Counted from the stretch's first letter, positions 35,877-46,505 are shown. The stretch is 64,000 nucleotides of DNA from an uncultured SAR86 cluster bacterium (GCA_902553315.1 CACDKN010000004.1:6668-70667), one strand, 5' to 3'. Translations and numbers: made by a program. The notes: a model not told the origin generated them from the letters alone.

Positions 35877-37233
35877 GTTTGCTCCAAGCCCAACTGGACA
35901 TTTACATGTGGGGGGTGCTCGAACTGCATTATTTGCTTGGCTTCAAGCAAAGGCTGCTGACGGTAAATTTCTTTTGAGATTTGAAGATACTGATCAAGAA
36001 AGATCTAGCAGTGAGTTTATAACTTCTATTAATGACAGTTTGGCTTGGCTTGGAATTGAACCAGATGAACCTCCAATTTTTCAAAGTAAAAATTTAAAAA
36101 ACCATAAAAAAATTGCATTTGAATTACTTGAATCTGGAAATGCTTATTCTTGTGATTGTTCTCAAGAACGACTTGAAGAAGTCAGGAAAGCACAAATTGC
36201 AAAAAAATTAAAACCTAAATACGATGGTTTGAATAGAGACAAAAACTTATCTCATGAAGAGGGTAATGTCATTAGATTTAAAATGCCCCAGACTGGCACG
36301 ACATCATTTCAAGACGAAATCTTGGGCAATATTTCTGTTGAAAATAAAGAATTGGATGATTTTATAATTTTAAGATCAGATGCTTCTCCGACATATAATT
36401 TTTGTGCTGCAATAGATGATAAAGAAATGAACATATCAACGGTTATACGTGGCGATGATCATATTACTAATACCCTGAAACAAATAAACATTCTCAATGC
36501 TATTGATTCTACTATTCCAAATTATGCTCATTTGCCAATGGTTCTGTCTTCTGATGGAAAGAGGTTATCAAAAAGAGAAGGGGCTGTTGATATAAACGAA
36601 TATCGAAAATCAGGCTACTTAAAAGAAGCAATGATAAATTATTTGATGAAATTGGGCTGGTCTTACAACGGTAAAGAAATTTTTACACAAAAGGAATTAA
36701 TTAAAAATTTTAAAATATCGGATGTGAATTCTTCTGCAGCTAAATTTTCTCAGGAATTATTAGATTTTTATAATAATCATTATTTGAAAGAGTACAAAAT
36801 TAATACTTTGTACGAGTACATAGACAATAATTTTTTGTTACCAGATAAATTTGTAAAAAATCCCAAAAAGTTAGAGATTATTAATTTGTTAAGAGAAAGT
36901 GCAAATAATATTCCGCAAATTATTGACAGTTTATCCATTTTTTATTTGGAGCCAAATTTTAATAAAGCATTAATATCTCAAATAAAAATTGATCCAGATT
37001 TACTTTTAAAATTTAAAAAAGAACTTAATGAAGTAAGTTTTAACGATAAACTTCTTATTGGTGTATTCATTGATAATTTTCTCGACGAAAATAATCTTAA
37101 ATTCCCAGCATTAGGGAAACCATTACGTCTAATATTGACTGGTAAATCTCAAGCTCCCTCTATAACTGACTTACTTTTTTTAATTGGTAAAGATAATTGT
37201 TTAGCCCGCATAGAAAAATTTTTAAGTACCTAA
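35860..37233 (+). CDS. gltX: Glutamyl-tRNA synthetase
   Basis: 457 aa. RFAPSPTGHLHVGGARTALF (HIGH) and RLSKREG (KMSKS-type). Confidence 0.95.
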   Translation: MKIITRFAPSPTGHLHVGGARTALFAWLQAKAADGKFLLRFEDTDQERSSSEFITSINDSLAWLGIEPDEPPIFQSKNLKNHKKIAFELLESGNAYSCDCSQERLEEVRKAQIAKKLKPKYDGLNRDKNLSHEEGNVIRFKMPQTGTTSFQDEILGNISVENKELDDFIILRSDASPTYNFCAAIDDKEMNISTVIRGDDHITNTLKQINILNAIDSTIPNYAHLPMVLSSDGKRLSKREGAVDINEYRKSGYLKEAMINYLMKLGWSYNGKEIFTQKELIKNFKISDVNSSAAKFSQELLDFYNNHYLKEYKINTLYEYIDNNFLLPDKFVKNPKKLEIINLLRESANNIPQIIDSLSIFYLEPNFNKALISQIKIDPDLLLKFKKELNEVSFNDKLLIGVFIDNFLDENNLKFPALGKPLRLILTGKSQAPSITDLLFLIGKDNCLARIEKFLST

Positions 37234-38558
37234 CACTCTTTCTTTCATTAACGTTTTTAAGTTGTGGAGGAGGCGGAGGGAATGTTGTTTCTGAAAGTGG
37301 AAACAGTCAACTGCAATCTACCCCACAGCAGACTTATAGTTATTCTTGGAAAACCGCTTTACCCGAGACGGTTGGCCTTTCAGCATCAGCGGTTCAAAAC
37401 GCATTAGACTACGCAACATTTGATGGACTCTATACTCAATCCGCCATAATTGTAAAAGATGAAAAAATAGTTGGTGAAAAATATAGATCAATATCAGAAT
37501 TGGAGAAAAATAATTTAATCTCTGCTCAACCTTTACTAACAAAATCTTTTCTAGAGGCAAAATTAGGGTCACAGGACTCAGATTCCTTAGTAAATAGTTG
37601 GTCAGTTGGTAAATCTTTTACGAGTATTCTTTTCGGTATTGCTGAATCAAAAGGACTTTTATCCATCAATTCAAATGCATCTGATTACATTAATGAATGG
37701 ATAGGCGACGAGAGAAAAAATATAACAATTAAGAACTTACTCGACATGAGATCTGGACTCCATCAAGGATGTTTCAATGCTTCTGAACCTGACGAGATTG
37801 GAAATTGTTCAGATTTACCCGCATCTTCTAGTATAGGGGGTGGAAACATAGCTAGGGCAACAAATCAACTCATAGGCTGTATTAATCAAACTTTTAATGT
37901 TCCATTACATGGTCAGTATAATCCCTTAGATCAAAATTCTTATTACCTTTATTCAAATTGTGACACTATGATATTAGGAGAGATTTTTTATCGTGCTATT
38001 AATCAAAACATCAAGGATTTTGCCCAAACACATCTTTTTTCGAAATTAGATATTACTGCTTATTGGTGGAAGGATAATTCAATCGGTGGGCAAAATAATG
38101 GGAATTTCTTAACTTATTGTTGCATTGATATGACGGCCAGAGATTTTTTAAAAATAGGTCAACTAATATTAAACGATGGATTATGGAATGGTGAGAGAAT
38201 ATTATCATCTGCTTATGTACAACAAATAAAAGATTTAACGACCTATGGACTGAAATTCTGGTATACACCAGAAGCAACATTTTCTTCTCCAAATCCATCT
38301 TTCAATAAATTGATCTCTGCTGTGGGTTTTGATGGGCAATATGTGTTTATAGATTTTGAAAACAAAATGTTAATTTCAAGAAATAGCTTATACTATCCAT
38401 CACTAGATATATCCGACGAGAGAAAAATGTCCGCTGGAACTTTAGGATCAACAAATTTTACAGTAACCGCTCCAACAATCATTACAACTAATGGCGAAAC
38501 TAGACTTACACAAGTTTTTAGCCCTATACAAATGGCTAATTTTCTTTATACGCAATGA
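37197..38558 (+). CDS. Serine hydrolase (beta-lactamase/PBP4*-like fold) lipoprotein
   Basis: 453 aa. Lipobox LTFLSC followed by GGGGG. SVGKS (SxxK) and YSN (YxN) motifs. TTG start overlapping the gltX 3' end by 37 nt; the start is uncertain. Confidence 0.75.
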   Translation: MFSPHRKIFKYLTLFLSLTFLSCGGGGGNVVSESGNSQLQSTPQQTYSYSWKTALPETVGLSASAVQNALDYATFDGLYTQSAIIVKDEKIVGEKYRSISELEKNNLISAQPLLTKSFLEAKLGSQDSDSLVNSWSVGKSFTSILFGIAESKGLLSINSNASDYINEWIGDERKNITIKNLLDMRSGLHQGCFNASEPDEIGNCSDLPASSSIGGGNIARATNQLIGCINQTFNVPLHGQYNPLDQNSYYLYSNCDTMILGEIFYRAINQNIKDFAQTHLFSKLDITAYWWKDNSIGGQNNGNFLTYCCIDMTARDFLKIGQLILNDGLWNGERILSSAYVQQIKDLTTYGLKFWYTPEATFSSPNPSFNKLISAVGFDGQYVFIDFENKMLISRNSLYYPSLDISDERKMSAGTLGSTNFTVTAPTIITTNGETRLTQVFSPIQMANFLYTQ

Positions 38559-38740
38559 TTGATAAAAAATTACTAAACATCCTAGTTTGCCCGGAATCAA
38601 AAACTGAGTTAATTCTAATTGGAAATGAATTGATTTCTATAGAAAGCAAACTGGCATATCCAATAAAAGATGGAATTCCTATTTTATTAAAAAATGAAGC
38701 CAGGAAAGTTTCCTCAGAGGAAATAGACAAAATTAATTAA
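38555..38740 (+). CDS. Trm112/YcaR (UPF0434) family small protein
   Basis: 61 aa. [14 protein letters not shown]...[11 protein letters not shown] is the Trm112-like signature. Confidence 0.85.
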   Translation: MIDKKLLNILVCPESKTELILIGNELISIESKLAYPIKDGIPILLKNEARKVSSEEIDKIN

Positions 38741-40026
38741 TCTAGTTCTGCTAAGTCTCTTTTTAGTTGATCGCTGGCCAAGCTTGCGTGGTAAAGAATA
38801 TTTCTCGCCATTGATGATTCTTGTGTTTCGGAAAATCTTTTAAATATTATTTTTCTAGCTTCATGTACTTTTACACTTTTCATATCTGCATAAAAAGCTG
38901 ATTCTATTAGATGTGCTGCTAACTCATGTTTTCCATTATTACTACAATCTAATGCCTTTGAGATAATCGGATCGATGCCTCCAGATAATTCTTTCCAAAT
39001 TGTAGCTTCTTCGTTTCTTGGTGAGGGTAGAAGTCTGTCATATTCTCCATCCCACCATCCACCATACCTTCTCCAAACCATTCTTATGAGAAATTGAGGA
39101 TCGTCGTAAACCGGTCTCAACCAAGCATGTTTCATTAAACTATCAGAAAATTTAACTTCATGTAGTATTTCATTAAGTCTTTTACCTTTATTCATGAGAG
39201 CAAGAGTTTGATCTTCAATTGACCTGAGAAACTCAGAAGTTGTAGTCAAAGCAATTTCTATTCTTTTCTTTCCAAATACTGGAAAGCCATGTCCAGGAAG
39301 AAGAATCTCTGACTCTAACTCATTCATTTTATCTAACGCATCAGCTCAGTCAGAAATATATCTTTGAACTTTTTGAGGATTTCCTCCGTTTGGCACAGCC
39401 CAAATAAATAAATCACCTGGAGCTAAAATTTTTGCTTCGGGAATATGCACCCAAGTATGATCATCTGTCTCGCCTCTTGCGTGGAATAAATTGAAAGTAA
39501 AATTACCTTGCTTAAATGACATTTTATTTTCATAAGTTTCGTCAGGATACCTATACGATGAAGGCCAGGAAAATTTATCTGAATCTATTGCAAATTGTCT
39601 CCTGTTGATTGCAGTGTTCCAACCTTGTGTTTTCTTATATCTATCGAAGTGTTCAGGAGTTAAAGAATGCGAATAAACCTTTGGAAGTGGTAGGTTTTTT
39701 TCTTTGCATTCCTCATCAAATTTTTGAACAGCAAAAATATGGTCAACGTGATGATGACTGAATATTACTTTTTTAAGATAATCGTTTGGCCTCCATTTTT
39801 TAATTTCTTGATAACCCGTCTCGATATCTAGTTGACTGCCTGCATCGAGCATAACTAATCCATCGCCAGTATCTATTGCATAGAAACCTCCAATTCCCTT
39901 TATACCGAGTACGAAAGAATTAATTTCTGTAGACCCTTCATAAAAAGTATGAACTGGATGATGTTCAAATTTTGTATCTAATAAACCTTTCCAAGCTAGT
40001 TCAGATAATTCCCTTAAATCATTCAA
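38737..40026 (-). pseudogene. MBL-fold metallo-hydrolase, alkyl/aryl-sulfatase-like (MBL plus dimerisation domain), interrupted by one in-frame TGA (39346-39348)
   Basis: Track ORFs 39346..40026 (SHHHVDH MBL motif, HARGETDDH, PNGGNPQKVQRY) and 38737..39327 (LLPGHGFP, YDDPQFLIRMVWRRYGGWWDG) are in the same frame. They are separated only by TGA plus six sense codons (…RYISD*ADALDKMNELESEILLPGHG…). Confidence 0.7.
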
Positions 40027-40095
40027 AATAAAATCCCCATTGTATAAATTGTTAAGACCAAGTATCTTTTATTATAAGTCAAAAGGGGAGGATTA

Positions 40096-41226
40096 ATGGA
40101 CAACCAACTACCATTAGAAGGAATAAAAGTAGTAGAAATTTCTACAATAATTACAGCCTCACTTGCCACGATGATGATGGCAGATCAGGGTGCTGAAGTC
40201 ATTAAAATTGAACAGACTGGCATCGGAGATCCTATGAGATATTTAGGTACTCAAAAAGGGGGAATTTCAGCATTATTCGCAAATTGCAATAGGGGCAAGA
40301 AATCTATTGATTTAGATTTAAAGGCCGATGATGATCTAGCTGTCGCAAAAAAACTGATATCTAAAGCTGATGTTTTAATCAATAATTTTCGTCCAGGAAT
40401 AATGGATAAAATAGGATTAAGTGAAGTCGATTGTAAAAAATTAAATGAAAAATTAATTTATGTTTCAATAAATGGTTTTGGAAATCAAGGTCCATTCTCA
40501 AAAGCTCCAGCTTATGATCACGTCGTTCAGGCAATGTCTGGAGCTACTGACATACAGTCTGACTTAGAGAAACCTCAATACATTAAAACTCTTCTATGTG
40601 ACAAAATCACTGCTTACACTGTCACTCAATCCATAATATCTGCGCTGTTTAAAAGAGAAAGAATAGGAGTAGCTGATCGAATAGATTTATCAATGATTGA
40701 TTCAGCTGTATTCTTCTTATGGCCAGACGGAATGATGAATCACACCTTAATGGATGATGACGTAGAAATCCTTGCCCCTTTAACGAAATCTTATAATCTT
40801 TATAAGTGTAAAGATGGCTACATATCAATTGCTGCTTTGTCTGATGCGCAATGGTTTGGAATCTTCAGAGCTTTAGACGAACCTAATTTAACTGAGGATG
40901 AAAAATTTAATACCGCAACTTCAAGAAGTGAGAATTTAGTAGAACTAATGAGTTTGCTCTCAAAATTTGAAAATCTTTCAACTACAGAGGCATTAAAAAG
41001 ATTAAGAAAAGAAGATGTGCCTTGTGCAGAAACTACTACTTTAAAAGAGTTAATGGAACATCCTCAACTTCAAGCTAATGAGTTATTTAAAACTATCGAA
41101 AGTGATCACCAAGGCAAGGTAAGAGCCTTAAGATATCCGGCAAAATTCAACGATCAAGAACTAAAAAATCACAGTCCAGCGCCAAAATTGGGTGAGCACA
41201 AAGACGAAATATTAAAGAGTATTTGA
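40096..41226 (+). CDS. Family III CoA-transferase (CaiB/BaiF family)
   Basis: 376 aa. LEGIKVVEISTIITASLATMMMADQGAEVIKIE is the typical N-terminus. NFRPG motif. The interlocked-dimer family length is as expected. Confidence 0.88.
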   Translation: MDNQLPLEGIKVVEISTIITASLATMMMADQGAEVIKIEQTGIGDPMRYLGTQKGGISALFANCNRGKKSIDLDLKADDDLAVAKKLISKADVLINNFRPGIMDKIGLSEVDCKKLNEKLIYVSINGFGNQGPFSKAPAYDHVVQAMSGATDIQSDLEKPQYIKTLLCDKITAYTVTQSIISALFKRERIGVADRIDLSMIDSAVFFLWPDGMMNHTLMDDDVEILAPLTKSYNLYKCKDGYISIAALSDAQWFGIFRALDEPNLTEDEKFNTATSRSENLVELMSLLSKFENLSTTEALKRLRKEDVPCAETTTLKELMEHPQLQANELFKTIESDHQGKVRALRYPAKFNDQELKNHSPAPKLGEHKDEILKSI

Positions 41227-41228
41227 AA

Positions 41229-42065
41229 TTATTTTTCCAATACAGCATACATGCTGTCACTTAAAGGGTGTCTATCAAAAAAGCCCATTGAAAACTTCTT
41301 AAAACCTGATCTCAGAGAAATATCTTTTAGTGTCTTAGGAGTGAAATAATTGACATGATCAGGATGGCGAAAACCACACCATTTTTCTTTTCTTAAATGA
41401 CGATTCCAACTGTCAAAATTAGGAACTTTAATAATTACATTCCCTTTATCTTTAAGTTTAATAAATGTATTTTTTAATAGACTTAGCGGATTAATTTCAT
41501 GCTCAAGAAAAGATGAAAGGACCACAACATCAAAAAAAGAATCTTGAAATTCTAGCATTCCGTCGACTGCATTGTTGTGAACCCAAATTCCTCTTTTAGC
41601 ATTTATTTTTGCTTTATTAGCTAGTTCAGAAGAGATCTCTATCCCATTCGGTATACATTTTGAATGATATGAACTTGGCAGTTCAGAAATTATAGTTTCT
41701 AGCGCTCCTCCGTCAGCACAGCCAACGTCTAAAAGTTGGATATTATTTTGATTTTTCTTTTTTAAAATACATTTCTTTGATAAGTCTTTTACTTTATTTC
41801 TTTTTAAAACTTTATGACGATACTCTTTAGCAAAGGAACTGACCTTATATCTGAATGGCTCAGAATTTTGTTTTGATTCGACTTCAGATTGATAAGTTTT
41901 TTCCCAAGCAAATTCCTCTTTAAGAGCTTCATAACCTGGAGGGTTTTCCAAGAAAACTATATCTGTTTCAAGGCATTTCAGTATTTTCCATGGCTCTGGA
42001 GCAAGATTTAATAATTCTGTTTCAGTTTCCCTCTCTAGTATGGGACTTACTCTTTTAAGATTCAT
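41229..42065 (-). CDS. Class I SAM-dependent methyltransferase
   Basis: 278 aa. Motif I is LLDVGCADGG, with the acidic post-I and motif II/III spacing of a Methyltransf_11/23-like fold. Confidence 0.78.
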   Translation of the reverse strand: MNLKRVSPILERETETELLNLAPEPWKILKCLETDIVFLENPPGYEALKEEFAWEKTYQSEVESKQNSEPFRYKVSSFAKEYRHKVLKRNKVKDLSKKCILKKKNQNNIQLLDVGCADGGALETIISELPSSYHSKCIPNGIEISSELANKAKINAKRGIWVHNNAVDGMLEFQDSFFDVVVLSSFLEHEINPLSLLKNTFIKLKDKGNVIIKVPNFDSWNRHLRKEKWCGFRHPDHVNYFTPKTLKDISLRSGFKKFSMGFFDRHPLSDSMYAVLEK

Positions 42066-42104
42066 TTTGTTTATCTAAATAAAAAAACTTATAATGACTT
42101 TTAA

Positions 42105-42950
42105 ATGTTACAGGAAATAACCACTAAAATTAAGGATTCTAAATCTAACCTAGGAGTAGAAATAAGCGGTTTGGATTTAAATCAAGAATTGTCAGATGCT
42201 GAAATTAACTCTATAAGAAATTCATGGCTGAAAAACGGTGTTGCGATATTTCCCAACCAAGAACTCACACATGACAATTATGAAAACTTTTGTTTAAAGT
42301 TTGGAGCTTTTGGGGACGATCCATATCTTGCAGGGTTAAAAGATAAACCAAACATTGTCGAAGTAAAAAGATCGGCTTCTGAAAAAGCTCCTCCTTTTGG
42401 CGGAACTTGGCATTCTGATTGGTCATTTCAGAAAAATCCTCCTGCAGCGACTTTTCTACTTTCAAAGATTATTCCTCCTGTAGGTGGCGATACTTTATTT
42501 GCTAACACTCAAAAAGCATACGAGGAACTTGATTCCGACTCAAAAGAACAAATTAAAGATTTAAAAGTAATTCATAGCGCTAAGCTTCCTTATGCAGATG
42601 ATGGATTTTACGCCACAGAGAAAGAAGAAAGAGCAATGGACATAATTACATCGAAAGAAGCGAAAAAAGAGGAAATCCATCCTTTAGTAAAAATTCACCC
42701 AGAAACCAATCAAAAATGTTTGTTTGTGAATCCTGTTTATACATCTCATGTTCATGGAATGGATGAAGAAGAATCTTTTTTATTATTATTGAAATTGTAT
42801 GATCACATGACCCAAGAGCGATTTATATACCGTCATAAATGGTCAGAAAATATGCTGCTGATGTGGGACAATCGAACCGTTATGCATATGGCAGATGGTG
42901 GATACGATGGATATGACCGATTATTGCATCGGATCACGATTGCAAATTAA
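42105..42950 (+). CDS. TauD/TfdA-family Fe(II)/2-oxoglutarate-dependent dioxygenase
   Basis: 281 aa. WHSDWSF (HxD iron ligands), distal His in VMHMADGG, and C-terminal R...H. Confidence 0.85.
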   Translation: MLQEITTKIKDSKSNLGVEISGLDLNQELSDAEINSIRNSWLKNGVAIFPNQELTHDNYENFCLKFGAFGDDPYLAGLKDKPNIVEVKRSASEKAPPFGGTWHSDWSFQKNPPAATFLLSKIIPPVGGDTLFANTQKAYEELDSDSKEQIKDLKVIHSAKLPYADDGFYATEKEERAMDIITSKEAKKEEIHPLVKIHPETNQKCLFVNPVYTSHVHGMDEEESFLLLLKLYDHMTQERFIYRHKWSENMLLMWDNRTVMHMADGGYDGYDRLLHRITIAN

Positions 42951-42952
42951 TT

Positions 42953-44851
42953 TTATTCAGCAGTAACTAATCCTTTAAGCTTATTGTTTTTTCTCCAGCT
43001 GCCTAGGAGCTCAAAATACTCTAAAGCGCCACCCCCATAAGAATTGTTTTGAGGATTTGTATTCGGTTTTCCTTCGTTATTGTAATAACCTGGTGTACAA
43101 GCTTCTTGAAAACTTTCCATATTTCTTGCTTTCGAGATTATTGTTTCATTCCATTCTTTTTCAGCATTATCAGAAGCTTCAACAAAATTTAATTTATTAT
43201 TATCTAAATATTTTAAAATATAAGCCACGTGAGAGCTTTGCTCATCTAACGAGTGAGTAAAATTAGCTGTAAATGGTCCTTGTCCTGGACCGTAAAAAAA
43301 ACAATTTGGGAATCCTTTGGAATGAATTCCATGAAAAGTAGAAAGACCATTTTTCCACTTTTCGCTGAGAGTTATTCCATCAACTCCAGTTATTTGATAA
43401 CCACATCTTCTTGAATAATCCGTCCCAACTTCGAAACCCGAAGCGAAAATAATGCAATCAACTTCGTATTCTTTTTCATCATGAACAATTCCTTTAGCGT
43501 TAATCTCTTTTACACCTTTGCCGTCGGTATCAACTAACTCAACGTTATCATTATTGAAGGATTGTAAGTATTCATCATGAAAACATGGTCTTTTACACAA
43601 CTGCCTGTAATAAGGCTTTAAAGACTCAGCTGTTTGAGGGTCGTTAACAATTTCTTCCGCTCTTTTTCTAACTTTTTCCATTTTTTGAAAATCTATCATT
43701 TCTACTTTCTGACTGATGTCTTTTCTACTGATGAATTTCATGAATTCATTTCTGATGTAAGTTTTCATACCGAGTTTATAAAAATCACTATAGAAAGGAG
43801 CCGAGATAACCCAAGAAAATATTTTTAACTTACTTGGACCATTATTCATTAGGCCTCCAAGAATAGTTCTGAATATTTCAGTCCAGCCGTCGTTTACCAA
43901 ATCTCTATTTGAAAAAGATCCTGTTAAAAATCCTTCAAAATTTTCTCTACGATCATTTTGCCAACCTTTTTTTTGTGATTTATACCATTTTTCATCTGTA
44001 TCTGAATTGTTTCGCTCGTCTATAGAAGAGGGCGTTCTTTGAAAAACGTAAAGTTTTTTTGCACTCGCTGCTAAATGTGGCACGCATTGAACCGCAGTAG
44101 CTCCAGTACCAATGATTGCTACCTTTTTATCCTTAAGATTTTCTAAATTTCCGTTTGAATCACCACCAGTGTAATCATAATCCCATCTACTCGTGTGAAA
44201 GGTATGGCCTTGGTAATCGTTTATACCTTTCATCGCAGGAAGTTTTGGTCTATTTAAAAAGCCATTAGCATGAATCACAAACTTAGCTTTAATTGAATCT
44301 TGTCGATTGGTTTTAATACACCAAATTTTTTCATCAGATAACCACTTAACTTCATTAACTTCGGTTTGAAATAGTGCGTTCTCTTTTAGAGAGAACTTTT
44401 CAGAAATTACGTTGAAATAATCCAATGTTTCAGGCGCATTAGTATATTTTCTTTTCGGAATAAAATTAGTTTCTTCTAATAAGGGGAAATAAATATAAGA
44501 TTCAATATCACAGGAAGCACCAGGATATCTATTCCAATACCATGTGCCACCGAAATCTCCGCCTTTTTCAATAATTTTAAAATCATTTATGCCTTGCTCT
44601 CTAAGTCTCGCTCCACTTAAAACGCCTCCGAATCCACCACCAATAACAATGGTGTGATAGGTGCTTGTATTGGGTTCTCTGGAAATACTTTCTGTAACGT
44701 AAGGATCTTCAACAAAATAAGAAAAGTCGCCTTTTACTTCAACGTACTGATCATTACCATCGGCTCTAACTCTTTTGTCTCTTTCTTGTAGATATTTTTG
44801 TCTTAATATCTCAGGATCGAAAGATATATTTTCTTTTTCTTCATTAATCAT
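42953..44851 (-). CDS. Baeyer-Villiger-type flavin monooxygenase (long, HAPMO-like length)
   Basis: 632 aa. GGGFGG FAD fold, FGGTWYWNRYPGASCD, BVMO fingerprint-like GHTFHTSRWD, and a second Rossmann fold IIGTGATAVQ. Confidence 0.85.
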   Translation of the reverse strand: MINEEKENISFDPEILRQKYLQERDKRVRADGNDQYVEVKGDFSYFVEDPYVTESISREPNTSTYHTIVIGGGFGGVLSGARLREQGINDFKIIEKGGDFGGTWYWNRYPGASCDIESYIYFPLLEETNFIPKRKYTNAPETLDYFNVISEKFSLKENALFQTEVNEVKWLSDEKIWCIKTNRQDSIKAKFVIHANGFLNRPKLPAMKGINDYQGHTFHTSRWDYDYTGGDSNGNLENLKDKKVAIIGTGATAVQCVPHLAASAKKLYVFQRTPSSIDERNNSDTDEKWYKSQKKGWQNDRRENFEGFLTGSFSNRDLVNDGWTEIFRTILGGLMNNGPSKLKIFSWVISAPFYSDFYKLGMKTYIRNEFMKFISRKDISQKVEMIDFQKMEKVRKRAEEIVNDPQTAESLKPYYRQLCKRPCFHDEYLQSFNNDNVELVDTDGKGVKEINAKGIVHDEKEYEVDCIIFASGFEVGTDYSRRCGYQITGVDGITLSEKWKNGLSTFHGIHSKGFPNCFFYGPGQGPFTANFTHSLDEQSSHVAYILKYLDNNKLNFVEASDNAEKEWNETIISKARNMESFQEACTPGYYNNEGKPNTNPQNNSYGGGALEYFELLGSWRKNNKLKGLVTAE

Positions 44852-44926
44852 TTGAAAATTGTAAAAAAAATACAGATATAAGCAACAGAAATCTCGAGAA
44901 AATTAGTACAATACAAATCTAATTTT

Positions 44927-45002
<76 letters not shown>

Positions 45003-45047
45003 TTACAGGTCAATAAATATAAGTGTTTATAAAGAAAAGGGGGAGAT

Positions 45048-45422
45048 ATGAATAATTTATCAATTTTAAAAATTACGTTAAGGATATTCGGTGTAGCATT
45101 CATTTTAATAATGCCTATGATGAAATTGGATCCACTTGGAGGATGGGCTTGGAGTCCAGGACAATGGGAATATGAAATGATGATTCAAGGGGTTTATATG
45201 ACCCTTGGGATTATGATGCTAATCGCTGCAAATGATCCATTAAAAAATACTTTATTTGTTTGGTTTGTGGTTTGGAGTAGTTTGGTACATGGTGGGATTA
45301 TGTCCTATCAGGCGATAATCGATACCCATGAAATGGGGCACTTCCTTGGCGATATCCCTGCTTTATTTATTCTTGCGATTATCGCTGGCTATAATTTAAG
45401 AAAATTACAAACGAGTTCATAA
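45048..45422 (+). CDS. Hypothetical membrane protein (3-4 TM helices)
   Basis: 124 aa, hydrophobic, with a strong SD (AAGGGGGAG). I recognise no family. Confidence 0.6.
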   Translation: MNNLSILKITLRIFGVAFILIMPMMKLDPLGGWAWSPGQWEYEMMIQGVYMTLGIMMLIAANDPLKNTLFVWFVVWSSLVHGGIMSYQAIIDTHEMGHFLGDIPALFILAIIAGYNLRKLQTSS

Positions 45423-45427
45423 ATACA

Positions 45428-45820
45428 ATGAATAAAAAACTTTTTAGAAACGGTCCATATGCAGATTTTTTTTCTCAAGGTGTGCAAACAGGAAATATTC
45501 TTACTTTGGCAGGTCAATTGGGGGACGATATAGAAGGTAATGTTCCAAATGATCTGCAAGGTCAGATGGAAAATTGCTATAAAAATACCGAAACCATTTT
45601 AAAAGAATTTAATGCAACATTAGACAATATTATTGACGAAACCTGGTTTGTAACAAATATAGAAGAATGCATGACTAATGTCGGAGAAATTTTTGATTCA
45701 AGGGAGAAAATTTATGGCTACAAACCAGAGGTCTCCCAAACTTTAATTGGAGTTTCTGCTTTAGTGGACCCTAAGTATAAAATTGAAATTAAGTGTATTG
45801 CATACTTAGAGAAAGTTTAA
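45428..45820 (+). CDS. RidA/YjgF/Endoribonuclease L-PSP family protein
   Basis: 130 aa. The length and the LTLAGQLG...G...Q...C..N...IL pattern are typical of the RidA family. Confidence 0.7.
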   Translation: MNKKLFRNGPYADFFSQGVQTGNILTLAGQLGDDIEGNVPNDLQGQMENCYKNTETILKEFNATLDNIIDETWFVTNIEECMTNVGEIFDSREKIYGYKPEVSQTLIGVSALVDPKYKIEIKCIAYLEKV

Positions 45821-46237
45821 GTGAATAGCAAATTGAAAAACTTGCCTTTAAATCAGGTTACATACACTTGGTGGTTTGGAATTATTCTTTTTTCTTTGAT
45901 ATGGCCTATGTTTGTCGGTCCTTATATAGCTTTAACCAATCCATCTTTTTTTGGAGGGCCTGAAGTTACGAATTTAACCTTAAGCTCGGCTTTGTATGTC
46001 GCAAGAAATCTAGCTGTAGGGCTTGCTTTTCTTTTAGCGATTTATTTAAGAAATGCGTCCATGTTATTCATTTTAATTCTAATTAGATTTATAACCGATC
46101 TAATCGATGCACCCGCATTTTTTTCTTTTCGTGATCCTGATTTGCTCGGCTTAATTATCATTTTTAGTCTTTGTTGTTATTTACCAGCAATATTTGGGTT
46201 AAGCTTTCTTTGGAAACACATAAGAAAGAAAACATAA
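45821..46237 (+). CDS. Hypothetical membrane protein (4 TM)
   Basis: 138 aa. GTG start abutting the previous stop. Hydrophobic throughout. Confidence 0.55.
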   Translation: MNSKLKNLPLNQVTYTWWFGIILFSLIWPMFVGPYIALTNPSFFGGPEVTNLTLSSALYVARNLAVGLAFLLAIYLRNASMLFILILIRFITDLIDAPAFFSFRDPDLLGLIIIFSLCCYLPAIFGLSFLWKHIRKKT

Positions 46238-46259
46238 ATAATATAGAACAAGTTTAAAT

Positions 46260-46505
46260 ATGGATTTTATTACTTCTATTTATTCATCGCTTACAACCAC
46301 TCTTTTTTTTGGTTATGTTATTGGAAGTCTTTTTATCGTTACTCCTCTATACCTTTACACTAGGTTTTACGAAAGGGTCACCAATAAAACGTCATATTTC
46401 AATAAAAAGGGAAATTTATTTGAAAAACTTCTTTGGATTCTGTTTGCTATTTATTTTGTAGGCTTCTTCTTGTATTCAATTTTTTACGTCTTTATTGTCA
46501 GATAA
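46260..46505 (+). CDS. Hypothetical small membrane protein (2 TM)
   Basis: 81 aa with two hydrophobic helices. No recognised family. Confidence 0.5.
   Translation: MDFITSIYSSLTTTLFFGYVIGSLFIVTPLYLYTRFYERVTNKTSYFNKKGNLFEKLLWILFAIYFVGFFLYSIFYVFIVR

Noticed and set aside
39346-39348. A genome-wide UGA=Trp (code 4) or UGA=Gly reassignment as the explanation for the in-frame TGA.
   Set aside because: clpP (19608-19610) and the carboxyltransferase gene (1729-1731) end at TGA exactly where homologues end, with ATGA coupling to the next gene. TGA therefore functions as a stop in this genome.
39280-39348. Selenocysteine insertion at the in-frame TGA, with the tRNA-like element at 17390 serving as tRNA-Sec.
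   Set aside because: I see no convincing SECIS-type hairpin immediately downstream of the TGA. The tRNA-like element has no UCA in any plausible anticodon loop and has a 7-bp rather than 8-bp acceptor stem. This family of hydrolases is not known to me as selenoproteins. A formal SECIS/selABCD search is still worthwhile.
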